A stretch of DNA of 64,000 nt from Felis catus (lineage: Eukaryota), in assembly GCF_018350175.1 (NCBI RefSeq), contig NC_058368.1, positions 230,270,001 to 230,334,000 of the forward strand. Direction: 5' to 3'. A model generated the notes under the pieces. It ran no database searches, was not told the origin of the DNA, and worked only from the letters and a program-made list of their open reading frames with translations. Position numbers and translations under genes: made by a program. Each line of letters begins with the position of its first letter. Within the stretch, counting starts at the first letter, position 1. Below, piece by piece: positions 1 to 13,900 of the stretch.

Positions 1-2390
1 TCTCCTCCAGGCTCGTCTGCTTCCGCTCACATCAGCTTCCCTGTGGATTGTATGCAATGCATCGAGGAGTCGCTCTAAAAATGTCGGTGTCTCCCCATGT
101 GCAAACATGAAGTAGTCTCACCGAGCATTCCTTCCCTCAAAGAAACAAAATGTGCAAGAGAGAAAGTATATCCCTGTATAAAGGGCACTAGCAAAGTAGC
201 ATTGGACCCTCAAGGTTTTAACACCGCTCTCATGTTCTTCCGCAGAACTGATGTAAGTGGGTGCGTATTTATAATTCTAGAAAAATGCCTGCTCGCTGTA
301 GGAAAGTCAGAATCGTATGCTGGTTTTGTAGAATAAAACTGGGCAATAGTGGACATATCCTAGAAAAGCAGTAAGCTTTCTCAGAAGCAAAGTTGCCATT
401 TCTTTTTGATGCGGGCCGCTTATTTAATATGGCACCGACTTTTATGTCTTAAAAGTGCTCATGTAGACTATATCGTAATTATAAATATGCCATCTGCCCA
501 CTTGGGCCAGCGCCCTGGTGTTTGTTGAATTTGGAGCTTCTCGTACAGGTGGTACGGTCTCACATCAGGACGATGTGAAGGTCAAGGGGGTGGAGAGCTC
601 TGGGGATGGTGGCTCAGTGGACAGAGACCCACGTGGTGTAGAGGAGGAGCAAGTCCCCAATAAACACCTATTTATTGACCGCTGAATGAAAAGGGTCATA
701 CAGACAACTGGGGTGACATCACTTCGATTTGCTTCATTATGAGCAAAGTCGTTGTTTGGTAACATTGATGAAGAGAAAAGTCACCCGTGACCTTGGGAAA
801 CACAAAATTACATGGATGCATTTAGCATATATACAGTGCATAGCATTTAGAGGAGAAATCATGCCATTTTGCCTATTTTCCTTGACTTGTTTGTGGGAAA
901 CTAGCGGTTCTTTTAAGATAGTTTTCAGATGACCACCTATTGGAAATCTTTCCTCATTGCGCCGCTTTAAAATCTTCCCCCTCCATTTTCTGTTTCCAGT
1001 ATAAATATATTTAATCTGGCTTCAGTAGGTGAAACATCTCTCCTTGCAGGGAGGGTGTGTGTTGTACTATATAAATCAAAGTAAACATTTGATTTGGCTT
1101 CTTGAAGTAAATACTGAATGAACCTCTTGCCGAAATAAACCGTTTTTCTTGGTAGTATATTTTTCCCAAGGCCCGTTTAGTTTTTTTGAAAAAGTTGCCA
1201 TCCAGAAACCCTCCTTACATATTCTTTAAGACAAATCTATATAAGTCACTGTTTTCTTTTTCTCTCTTTTCTTTCCATTCATAGAGACTTTTAATGGCCA
1301 TAGGAAATACTTTTCTGAATATTTATTGATAATGGCCCTAATCATACTTTTATTAAGTGGAGGTCAGAGGGTAGGAAAATCCATCACCCAGGATGCAAAA
1401 GTCTGCACCACCCTGTTTTTATAGTGTCCGGGAAACCTTGGAAAAGGGCTCACTTAGTGCCTCCTTCTCACTTGAGTGACAGACACGATTTGCAAGAGCA
1501 GTGCTCTCTCCCTTTCTCTCACACTCGCTCTCGCTTTCTCTCATAATTTTGAGACCCTCCTGCAAAAAGAAAGCAGTGAGTGCGGTCTCCATTATTATCT
1601 CAGAGATTATAGCTCTTAGGGTCCTTTAAATCAAATTGTCCTCCTCTGAAGAAGGAATTTCTTCCCAACTCCTTGGTTGTTACCATTACTTAAGTTTACT
1701 TTGCTCTGGGTATCACCTTTGGTGTTACGACAAGGTCACCGCCAGGTAAACCCTGTGCTTCCGTTCTCATCCAGCAGTGATGACTCCAGGGATAGTGTGA
1801 ACTGTGACCAGAAGCTGTCTCTTTATGTTTCCTATTAGTTTTTACCAAAACCAGTGCTCCTCAAGGGAATTGCTGGACAAAGGTCTTCATGATTCTGTTT
1901 GGCTATTTCCAAAATCAAACCTTTGTCACAGCACCAGGCTTTTCTACCTTGGGGATTATTTTAAAGAGTGACATTCCTACTAAAGTTAATTTCAAAAGAG
2001 AGGTTATCAAAATTGGGGGGCGGGGGCAATGGTAGTAGTGCTCAGGAAGATGTATTTCATCCCAGAGAGTAAGTTAGTTCAAGGGCACAAAACTTTTGGG
2101 GAATGTCGATTCATTTTAATTATTTTGTACTGTAGGAACATTTCTGATAATACCTCAATGCGACTGCTTTCTGGAGGTGTGATTTCTTCTCTTTTCCAAG
2201 TTGTGAGGGTCGACGGCTTTGTCATCCTGAGCACCTGAGTGTGCTGACCTAAAGCCCCATGCAGACTTACTCTAGGAAAGTTCTCCGTGCTCTCAGATAT
2301 TTTAATCAATAGCATGTAACTAATATTTCTAAATCGTGTTACCAGATTGTTATGGTTTAGAAATGTATTTCTTCAGAGACTTCATCTTAT

Positions 2391-2613
2391 GGGATACCTG
2401 GGTGGCTCAGCCGGTTAAGTGTCCAACTTTGGCTCAGGTCATGATCTCATGGTCCGTGGGTTCAAGACCCGCATCGGGCTGTGTCCTGACAGCTTGGAGC
2501 CTGGAGCCTGCCTGTGATTCTGTCTCCCTCTCTGTCAGCCCCTCCCTGGCTCTCTCTCTCTCTCTCTCACTCTCTCTCTCTCTCTCTCTCTCTCAAAAAT
2601 AAATAAACATAAA
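2391..2613 (+). mobile_element. Can-SINE (felid SINEC type)
   Basis: tRNA-like head (cctgggtggctcag...ggttcaag), (CT)n tract, aaaataaataaa tail. Confidence 0.9.
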
Positions 2614-4553
2614 ACATTTTTAAAAGATGTCCTCTTAAAGCCATGTCCTATTTATTTAGTATTTAAATGCTATTCAAGCTTCTTAACTCATCAAACAAAT
2701 ATTATTCAGTCATTGCTTTTATTCTCTTATTTGCCTCAACTGGCTGCCCACCCCTTGCTCACTGAGTCAGTGTTGTCTCTGTGTGTGTGTGTTCTTTGGC
2801 GCCCTGGCCCTGTGGTGTCTCCCTTGCTTTGAAACGTGCTCACCGGCTTCACCTCTCATTGCCAGTGTTTTTGCCCAGGACCTCCGTAGTCACCACAACC
2901 AGGACTGTCTGCACCATGAATTATTAGGTTCACCAGTCTGATGGTAATCCCAGGAAAGTGAAAGTGATGAATGTGGCCCGTGGGGAAAACAGACAGCTGA
3001 TCGACGGCTCCCTCTGGGAAGCCATGAAACAAGGACTCCTGTTCCCCATTCCTGACAGTGTCAGCCTGGCTGCCCAGCTTTCCGGGCAAATACTCCTCCT
3101 GACCCAGAGTTAGGGGTCTCGCTGACAATTCCAGGAAACTTGGCAGGTCTGAATGTGTCTTCACGGGGACTTCCCATAAATCATGGGCCTGCTTTATAGA
3201 ACGTTGTGTCACTCAGTGACACTGCTTACTTGTGGTTTGAAGTCAAGATTCCTTAGACAGTGCAGGCTGTCAAGTTTCTTTTTTAACTGGCTAGAAGCAT
3301 GGCTGGGTTTTGTTTTGCTTTGCTGGCACTGCCCGATCCCCAGACAATGAGGATTAAACAAGTTTCCAAGTTTGGAGAACTTCTACCCCACGTCACCCCC
3401 ATGCCCAGCCTCACCCTGTTTATGCAAGATAAAATGTAAAGGATGAGGAAGTGACTCTGCTCTCTGTTGAGGCCAGTGCCACATTCTGGTCCAAGAGTGC
3501 CATGTTTTCAGAGATTCAGGCTTCCCGAAAAGAACGATGTCATAATTGTTAACCTGGCATTATTCTGTATAAATGACGATAGGTCTCCACAATAATGTCA
3601 TGGTAAAATACGATCGCAGAGAGGCCTTCAAGAACAAAGTCCTCATTTGTATGTGGAACATAGCAGCTGCTAGTTTATGGTTTATTGAGTTAGGGAATGA
3701 ATTAAAGCATGGATCTTGAATACTGTTGGCTAATGGGTGGTGGGAATAATGTATACATTGCCTAAATTCCCATTTTAGTACTCTTTTTACTACACTTTGA
3801 AAATCCATTCTCCCCTTAAACACTTTCATAAAATAGGTATAAAGGTACTCCACAATTACACAAGAGGCCTTGGTGTATAAGTGTATACACACAAACACAC
3901 ACAAACATAAATGTATAAATCACAACGAGTATTTGCTAAATCTGACCCATCTGAAACTTATATGTAAACTATTATGCAGACGAAATACCTAATCTATAAG
4001 AACTTTCATAAATTTTATATATTGCTCATGTGTCATTAAAAAACAAATCCCGACTTTTTTAAAATTTGAGATATAATGTACTTAAAGTAGCCATGGGAAC
4101 TGGAATAATGTTTCACTTTTCTCTTGATGAATTTCCATAATGGGAAGCAAGAAAGGAAAGACATTTAGTGTGTACCAAACTCAGCCTATTGGAAACTATT
4201 TAATCAGAGTGTCTATTTGGCAATGTTCTACTTCCTTGTTAATTTCACATGGGTGGGTCTCCTATTTCAGAGGGGTAGGAAAAATAAAGTAACCCTTTGG
4301 GTGGAGTCTGTTCCCAAGAGCTGAAAATGGAGACCCCGACAGAAATCGTCCTTCTCCAAAGCCCATACTGTGATCTAAGACAGTTATTAGGGCACAGTCT
4401 GCCCCAAGTATGTAAAAAAAGTTTTATATCATCCCAAGGGTCTCATCATCAATTAGAAGGTTATATCAATTCTTACTGCATTTCCAAATATCCTTAGGGA
4501 AGAAGGTGTAATAATCATTAGTTTTTTGTTGATATTGTTGTTCGGGATTTTTT

Positions 4554-4773
4554 ATTTTTATTTTTTTTTTTATTTTTTTTTAATTTTTGGGACAGAGAGA
4601 GACAGAGCATGAACGGGGGAGGGGCAGAGAGAGAGGGAGACACAGAATCGGAAACAGGCCCCAGGCTCCGAGCCATCAGCCCAGAGCCCGACGTGGGGCT
4701 CAAACTCACGGACCGCGAGATCATGACCTGGCTGAAGTCGGACGCTTAACCGACTGCGCCACCCAGGCGCCCC
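4554..4773 (-). mobile_element. Young SINEC_Fc-type Can-SINE with TSD
   Basis: CpG-intact body ending ...ccacccaggcgcccc. TSD cgggatttttt at 4543-4553 and 4774-4784. Confidence 0.93.
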
Positions 4774-4779
4774 CGGGAT

Positions 4780-4952
4780 TTTTTTTTTAATGTTTATTTT
4801 TGAAAGAGACAGAGCACAAGCAGGGGAGGGGCAGAGAGAGAGGGAGACACAGAATCCAAAGCAGATTCCAGGCTCTGAGCTATCAGCGAACCATGAGATC
4901 ATGACCTGAGCTGAAGTCGGATGCTTAACCAGCTGAGCCACCCAGGCATCCC
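4780..4952 (-). mobile_element. Older Can-SINE with internal deletion
   Basis: Poly-T, (GA)n, head ...agccacccaggcatccc. Lacks the cacagagcccgacgcggggctc segment near 4887. Confidence 0.88.
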
Positions 4953-5384
4953 TGGTTTTATTTTGTTTGTTTGTTTTAAGTGAAGTTTTGGAATGCTACC
5001 TTTAAAACTGGATTCACAGTTTAATGGTGTTAACACACTTTTAAGGTGGAATTGAGCTTCTGTGACAGTCAAGTGGGTAACATTCATTCTATGTGTGTTG
5101 AAATCTGCCTTATTTTAACCCAATGACCTAGGTAGTAATAAGCCTAGATCTGAGGCACAGATATTGTATCCTTAACTGGCTAAGAGTTGCTAGACAAATT
5201 ATATAATGGAACAAAATATAAACACAAGAGTGGAAACAAGCTTTTGTCTAATTGATGCTCAAAAACAGAAACAGATTTCTTTGTGTAGCCAAAGAATCAT
5301 TCTTAGGCCCTGATTACTCCACAGCCTTCAGAATGCAGTCTAACATCCAAGGGTTATTTATTGAAAACTGCAAAGGGACATACG

Positions 5385-5535
5385 CAATAGTCAGTCCAGT
5401 GAGGTAGGCCACCACCTACAGTTGCCTGTTGGAATTCAAATTAATTAAAATTAAATACGTGTTAAAATCCAATGCCGATGTTAAGTACCCAATAGACTCC
5501 TGTGTCTAGTGGCCTACCATATTGGACAGTGCTGA
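5385..5535. mobile_element. hAT-Charlie MITE fossil (MER3/MER33-like)
   Basis: aattaattaaaattaaata core and terminus ctagtggcctaccatattggacagtgctg resemble the recalled consensus. Confidence 0.55.
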
Positions 5536-5671
5536 TACAGAACATTAACAACGTGAGCAATACCAATCTTAAAAAGCATATAAAGTTTTTTTTTTTATGT
5601 TTTAATTATTTTCATGTAAAAAAATGGCCAAATTTCACCAAGATCCTACGCTATTTAAAAGATTTTGGAAT

Positions 5672-5850
5672 GGGGCACCTGGGTGGCTCAGTCAGTTAAG
5701 GGTCCAGTTATTGATTTCAGCTCAGGCCACGATCTCACAGTTCGTGAGTTCAAGCCCCCTGTCAGGCCCCACATTGGCAGTGTGGAGCCTGCTTGGGATT
5801 CTCTCTCTCTGCTCCTCCCCCTTCTCAAAATAAATAAATAAACTTAAAAA
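5672..5850 (+). mobile_element. Can-SINE
   Basis: ggggcacctgggtggctcagtcagttaag head, CT tract, aataaataaataaa tail. Confidence 0.9.
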
Positions 5851-6429
5851 GAGAGAGAGAGAGAGATTGTCGAATGGGCTGCTATAGCCTGTCAAAATAT
5901 CTGGAGGTGGTAGGCCAGTTCTCAAAACTTCTACGGACTCGGGGGCCATTTAAGGAATCTTTTGAGACAGTAGTATTTAGCAGCCAGCACTCCTAAGACT
6001 AGAAGTGTCAACGGATTAAAAGGAAAATTAAATGCGTGCAAAGTGTGTTCAGGGTTTTCCTGGTAGCCACATCAGTCTCACATTTAAATCCTAGAGTTCT
6101 ACATAGCATTGTTTTCATTTATATTTGTATACTTTAGTATTTATTAAAAATTGTGCCACTTGGTGATAGCATTGCTGATGTCACATAGGGTTATTAATGT
6201 TACATATCCAAGACATAACTCAAAGTATCTGTTCTGTTATAAGCAGGGAACTCTCTTGTGAGCCTCTGGGGTTCTCTCTCCTCTTTATGCTCCTGTGGGA
6301 AGGGGTTAGAGAAAATTCCTGTTGTAGGCTTTTCTGCCACTTGTCAGCTGAGTTCTGCACAAACGAATGTAGCTCAGGCCCCAGGAGAGCTTCAGAAGAA
6401 AAGTGAAGGAAGGAGGTCCCTGTCTGCAG

Positions 6430-6860
6430 CTTAATGGTGGTTCTCACATCAGCAGCATCTGTCTTCCCCGGGAGACTGCTGGAAATTGAGGCTCACAGGC
6501 TCATTCCAGACACCTGAATCAGAATCTCTTCTAGATCTGTGGTTTGTAAACTCTAGCGAGCACCATAATCACCTTTGGAACTTGTTAAAACAGCTCCCTG
6601 GACCCCTATCCCAGAAGTTCTGATTCAGTAAGGGTATACTGATTCTGACTGCAGGCAAGGGCACACTTGGGAAACCACTGCTCTGGGATAACTTGTTCTC
6701 TTGTTTGCTTGCATACTGGAGTCACCTAGAGAGCTCCCCAATAGCCTGATGCTTGAGTCCCACCTCCAGAGATTCTGAGTGCATGGATACGGAGATTTTT
6801 AAAAAAAATCTCCTTTGCCCATGATAATATGAAGCCAGGTTTGAGAAGCCCAGCCTGTAT
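6430..6860. mobile_element. Cluster of MER5-like hAT-Charlie fragments
   Basis: Motifs gtggttctca, gaatcagaatctct, ccagaagttctgattcagta, gggaaaccactg and gtttgagaa. Confidence 0.55.
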
Positions 6861-7210
6861 AAATTTCATGCCCAGAACTTCTACCTGGATGGAAGCAACA
6901 TTGGAAGTAAGCAGCACCCTTAGGACTCTGGATGATGCTGGGATAAATCTCTGGGGTTCAGGATGAACATACCAGTTTTACAGAGCTTCTCCACCATCCT
7001 CCACCTATAACCCCCCTCCGCACCCCCAGTGTCAAAGTCTTGGGACCAGCTTTATTAACTGTCCCTTTTTTCTGCAAATATCTGTGATATCTGTGCTATG
7101 GATCAGGCCTTGTTCTAGTTGCTGGAGACACATTATTGAACAAAGTTATGGAGTTTATTTTACATTTTACTTTCACTCCTACCGTTAAATTCAAAATAAT
7201 TGCTCAGTGA

Positions 7211-7688
7211 TGTTAGAGGAAAACTAGAGCTGGGCAGTAAAGTGGTAAATAGAGATTTTATTCAGGAAAAAAGAAAAACTACTGTAGTAGAGGAAAAGAG
7301 ACCTTGGTAATGAACTAGGCTCAGTCCTTTAATTCAACAAGGAAAAGTGGGATTTATGGCCAAGGAGCAGGGTGGAGTCACAGGGCAGAAAAGAGGAAAC
7401 CTTAGGGGGAAGGGGATTCTGACTTAAATTCACCTCACAGGTACTTGCTGAAGGCAAGCCGGTGCTCAAAAGGCACCTGGAAGGTGGTGGGGGCTGAGGA
7501 AGGAGGTCCGATCTGCAGGGTGGCCGGGCATGGAGCATGGGGGCTTCCAGCTAAAGTGACTCAGCAGGGTTCTTGCTAAAAATGAACAAAGCAGAGGTGA
7601 ACACGGAAGGGCCCCCAGCCAGGGTCTAACTGAGAAAAGAGCTCAGAGGAGCCTCACCAGAGTTTGGTCAAGGAGAGAATCTTTGTCA
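7211..7688 (-). mobile_element. Solo LTR, ERV1 class (MER4-group-like), antisense to CTNND2
   Basis: About 480 bp with TG...CA termini. The minus strand begins tgacaaagattctctccttgaccaaactc and has AATAAA (tttatt at 7257-7262) about 50 bp from its 3' end. Confidence 0.7.
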
Positions 7689-7880
7689 GCGGACTGATCT
7701 AAAATATACACAGATATGTAAAATACATACATCGTACATAAATGCACACACAATCGTACACGCACAGTGTCTCAACCAACTGCTGTCTCTTCTCATCCCA
7801 CTGCCGTTAATAGAGAATTTTGATTTTACTCAGTTAAGTCTCTGGGATCTCCCCATGAACCTGACCACCAGATAAATTTT

Positions 7881-7901
7881 GGAATGGAATGGAATGGAAT
7901 G

Positions 7902-7940
<39 letters not shown>
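7881..7940. repeat. (GGAAT)4 plus (GT)n microsatellite
   Basis: Directly visible. Confidence 0.95.
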
Positions 7941-7941
<1 letters not shown>

Positions 7942-8911
7942 ATGCGTGCACACGCACGAGGATGGAAGTGCCCCGCCTGTTATTTGCCAATTGCCATTCC
8001 AAAACCGGTGGAGAGGCAGCATTGAAACTTTTAATGGATGGCATCTGTTCAGGCTCTCGCCGCACCCCCCCTTCCCTCCACCTTACCCGCTTCCTCCTTC
8101 CCACTCAGTTCCCACCCCTAATTTCAAAACCTTCCTTCCCCAGCTTCTCTCTCTGTGCACAGTCCTACCCCCTTTTCACACCAGCCCGCTCTCAAAAACC
8201 TTTCTGCTCCTCCGGGAAAGCCTGGAAGATCCCAGACCTCCTGCCCAGAAGTGGTTGACAATGTAGTGTTCTCATTCGAATGCAAATTTGTCTCTGGACA
8301 AGATTCAAGGAAACCGCTTTCCCCTCCAACCGTCTCTCCAGCTCCACCCCAGCCCTTGTTGTCTTTTGTGTTCTTGTAAATAAATGAGAGGCAACTGGCT
8401 TTCAGTTTGAAGACACAGCTGCAGGGGGCTCTTCAAAGACAGCTAGAGAGAGAGAGAGATGCTGAAAGATTTGTCTCCCAGCGTTAAAATCTAGAAAAGG
8501 GAGGCTTTTTTAGTCTTTCATTTGCAAGGGCTCTGATTCCTCCAGATACCGCCCCCCCCCCTTTTTTTTAAACTACTGAAAGACTAAGGGTACTTCTTTT
8601 GACTTAATAGTTTCCCCTCCTAACTTTTCTGGTCCCCAAAGAAGAATCCACACGGCCATAGCAACAGAATAAACTCTGAGAAGTATGTTTGCTCTTGATG
8701 TTCTCCAGATAAGTATGCAACTGAGCCCATTTTGGAGGCAGAAACTGTATCCAGTGAAATGACGGCGGGGGTGGGGGATTCAGTGCCTCGATTTCTCGTT
8801 TGACAACGAACGGATCGTGATTGCGTTCAGGTGTATCCCGGTGGCCCCGCTGGGTGGCCTTTGAAAATCTGCGCCTAATGCGATGCCTCTGCTATTCCAG
8901 AAACATCTTAG

Positions 8912-9952
<1,041 letters not shown>

Positions 9953-10233
9953 TAGGCTTTGCTAGTATCTCAACTACGATGCGCCAGCTACTTCTTTGGG
10001 AAGTAATGCTGTGTCTCTCAAACTGATTTCTCCAGCTCTCACTCCCTCGCTCTCTCCCTCTCAGTCTCTCTCTCCCTCCCTCCCCCCAATCTGAAGACTT
10101 AGACATCCATACAATTCAGTCATATTGAATAAAGAATCACACAGACCTGTTGATTAATGTCCAGAAAAAGAGCCACGCAAATAAAAATCGCAGAATCCAA
10201 GTGATCGTCTATAGTCACCTACAGTTGGTGGAG

Positions 10234-10235
<2 letters not shown>

Positions 10236-10284
<49 letters not shown>
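10236..10284. repeat. (AT)n microsatellite, about 24 units
   Basis: Directly visible. Confidence 0.97.
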
Positions 10285-10287
<3 letters not shown>

Positions 10288-11414
10288 TTTTCCCAAAGCA
10301 GCCTTTCAGTTCACATAGATTTCAATAGTAGTGAGAAAGTAACCAAGGATTAATTGCTTTGAATTGTTACTACTTCGTTATGGCTCTCATTTCTTCAAAC
10401 TTACTCTATTTTGTCTAAATTTAGTTACTGGGAAAAGTGAAAGATTCCTCCAGACCCGTCATTGCATACACATAGATTCCAACAGTGGGCATGGAGTAAA
10501 CCAGTGATGAAGTCCCTTGAATTCGTTACCTGCTTATGGTAGGCACAGAGGGGTTGGTGCTAGGAAACCTTTTCTCTGCCAGTTCAGAGGAGGTGACTTT
10601 TCTGTAGTTGTTGTGCCCGTCAAAGACCAGGCTGAGCTGGTGATTCTCTGCTGGTAGCACCATATGTTCAGCTCAGACGGGACACTGTGATTGAAAGACT
10701 GTTTTGTCTCCTAAAGCACCTGACGACTCACCCGGATTTATTGTTGATTTTTTTTTCCCTCTTATGAAAGTATTTGGTAATTGTGTCACTCTAGTAACAG
10801 ATGCTATGATCATATGTTTCCTTTCTTGACATAAATAGATGACTGCAAGATAAATAGGATTAAAAAAAGAAAAAAGGAACTTGTTGCATGCAGAAGGCAG
10901 GTGTCCGAGGGCTTCTTTAATTCAGCACAGTAATTGCTGGTGTGGACTGGCCTGGGGTAACAGGATGCAGGCTGGAATTCAGCTGCCCCCGATTTATGTT
11001 AGCTGTGCTTACTGAGATGAAAATATTTCCTCTCACACACTCCACTGTCTTTAATAGAATTGTGGAGGTAGATGATCATTAATGCCAACCCAGTAGCAGG
11101 ACCAAAATCTCTAAATGTAAGGACTCAGGTTTGGCAGTGTGGATGGCAAAGGTGGCCAGGAGACATGTGTGGCAACTTTGTGTTTATAAGCTTGGAAACT
11201 TTGTTTTATGAATTTGTACAATAAGTTACTAGATCCGTCAAGGAGGGGGAACCAGCTGCAGAGCTTGTAGAAGACAGAAGCCCTGTGTGGTCCTCCTTGG
11301 CCACAGGGCAAGGACCCTCAAGGAGTCCCTGAGAGCCCTGCGATTGCTAATGGCCATTTCATTCCCTGTGCAAACCTGGGGAAAGAAACCAAGAGCTTAG
11401 CCCTTTCTCCTACT

Positions 11415-11416
<2 letters not shown>

Positions 11417-11487
<71 letters not shown>

Positions 11488-11640
11488 CACCTATCCGTAT
11501 ATATATACATATATATACGGATATGTATATACACCTATCCGTATATATATACATATATATACGTATATATATATATACATATCCGTATATATATACATAT
11601 ATGTGTGTATATATACGTATATATATATACGTATATATAT
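11417..11640. repeat. Compound (GT)n(AT)n microsatellite followed by a TA-rich minisatellite with 44-bp period
   Basis: acacctatccgtatatatatacatatatatacg recurs at 11487 and 11531. Confidence 0.93.
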
Positions 11641-12534
11641 CCTAAACGTGTGATTGTTTCACTGGATCGTCATAGTTAAAACGGGGAGTATGGGTCTGTT
11701 GGAGAGTTTGCGGGAGTGTGAACGGGGCAGACGGAAAGTCTGACTGCTCGGTATGTCCCTGAAGTTAGGAGTAAATATGTTGTGAAAATCGCTTGCTCTC
11801 TATAAAAGCTTGAATGAGTGTTTCTAGGATCTGATGTGGGATGTGTGTATGTGTGTTGGGGGGGTGGGGGGTGGAGGTAGGGAGGTGCTGGCCAGAAAGA
11901 GGGAAACCGTCCCTGGGATCAACAATCCCACGTGCCTTTGCTGCCTCTGCATTTCCATCTGCCCCTCAGATGTTCTGACCGTATTTCATTTTTGCTACCT
12001 GGCGGTGGGGGCGGGGGTAGGGGGAATATCAATGTGCCATTGATGATTCTTAATTCTAGAGCTACAATGAACATGCTTAATGTTTGAATTATTTTGTTTA
12101 AAATGCATGCTTTTAAATATCCATTTAAAGATTTTCTCATGCAAATTACTGCTGGTGGTGCTTGAGTTTAAAATTACTCCATAACTCTGCATAAATACTT
12201 GAGTGGCATAAGATCATAGTCCCCATTTAGGAATTAGAAGACTGTGGCCCAGAAAAGATATGGGGAGAGACTCTAACATTTGCAACAGATCAGGCAGGAC
12301 ACTTGGAGCTCTTACCAAGTGGGACCCCATACCTCAATCTGTGTGCTTCGTACCGTACCTGACTGGCATGGTAAAGTTTGGATCCACCTGGTTTGCTAGT
12401 TGAAAGCACCATGAAAGTCAAGACTGGCAAATACCTTTTAGATTTTCAGGGTTGTGATTTTGAAGATTTGTCACTGATAACTAGGGAGTACAAATTACGG
12501 GATAGGTAGTGATTTTCGCTACTGAATGACTTAA

Positions 12535-13900
12535 TTCATTCAATAATTATTAAGTACCTCTTACCTACTGGCACTGATTAAGACCCTGGGGATCCAGCAG
12601 TGATCAATATCAACCAAAATCCCTGGCCTCCTTTCAAATGGAGGAGACAGAAAATCAGCGAGATAAATAGTTTTGGTAGAGTGGCCAGGGAACGCTCTAA
12701 TTAAAAGGTGACTTTTGAGTTCCTTGTGAAGGAGGTGAGGGAGCTGGCCCTATTGATGTCTGGGGAAGCTGCATTCTGAAAAGAAAGAGTGGCAAGTCTG
12801 GTAAATGGGGGTATGTCTGATATGTTTGAAGAACAGCAGGAAGTCGAGTGGGGGTGGATCAAAGAGAAGGAGGGCAAAGAAATGACCTGAGGTCAGCAGA
12901 GTGAGCAGCCGGTCAGGGTGAAAGCTGAGGTTAGGGAGAGACTGGTAAGCCTTGAGGACTTGGGGATGCCAGCTGTGGCCAATCCATGGGAGCCATCGAG
13001 GATTTGAGCCGAGGAGTGACACAAGCTGCCTTCGTTTGTAACAGGGTCTCTCTGGCTGCTGTGTGGAGAGTACGTTGTAAGGGATCAAGGACAAAAGCCA
13101 GAATGCCGGTCAGCAGGGTTATTGCAGTAATCTAAGCAAAAGAGGATGGCCTGAGCCAGGATGGTAGCAATGGAGGTTATGAAAAGTAGGGTAATCTCGA
13201 TGCATGTGTACGGTGGAGCTGAGCAGGTTGTCTCACACAGTAGGTTGTGATGGTCGAAGAGAGAAGATTCAGGGAGCCCCAACAGCCAGAAGAACGCAGT
13301 CTCCATGGACTGAGGTGGAGCCAGGTACAGAGAGTCTAGTTGGGATTGAGGCAGTGCTAGTGAATGTTAAGGTCTTGGTTTTGAACATGTGATGTCTGTG
13401 TGTCAGCATCAAAATGCACATGTAACTCAGACCGTTGGATCTGTAGGTCAGTTCAGAGAAGAAGCCCCTGAATGAGGGAGTCATAAGCAGGTGGATGATA
13501 TTAAGACCGTGAATCTAGAAGACATTAATTACCTAGGAAGTCAGTGTAGAGAGAAGAGGTCCAAGGACTGAATGCTGACCGCCCCCACCCCTGACAGATG
13601 TAAAGGTCTGGGAGTTGAGAAGAAGCCAGCAAAAGAAAGAGATAACCAGAAGTGTAGGTCAGTGTCGTTTCTTAGAAGCCAAGAGAAGAGCATGTCTCAA
13701 GGTTAGAAGATCAATAAACTATGTCTAGTGCAATTAAGAGGTCAAGACAAAGGAAGACTGTTCGATGATACTGGTGGAATGATTTCAGTGCAGGATGGTG
13801 GTGAGATCCTACTGAAGGCAGGAGGGGGCCCAAGAAACAACGGGAGGAGGAAAGCTCGAGACGAAAAACATGCAGAACCTTTCCAGGGAGTTTTCCTTGC
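12535..13900 (-). mobile_element. Ancient L2 LINE remnant
   Basis: Begins with the reverse complement of the L2 3' end (ttcattcaataattattaagtacc...ggcactg) and continues as purine-rich L2-like sequence (ctctggctgctgtgtggagag, attgcagtaatctaagcaaaagaggatgg). Confidence 0.7.

Noticed and set aside
7881..7900. (GGAAT)n as satellite DNA
   Set aside because: Only four units; a simple microsatellite.
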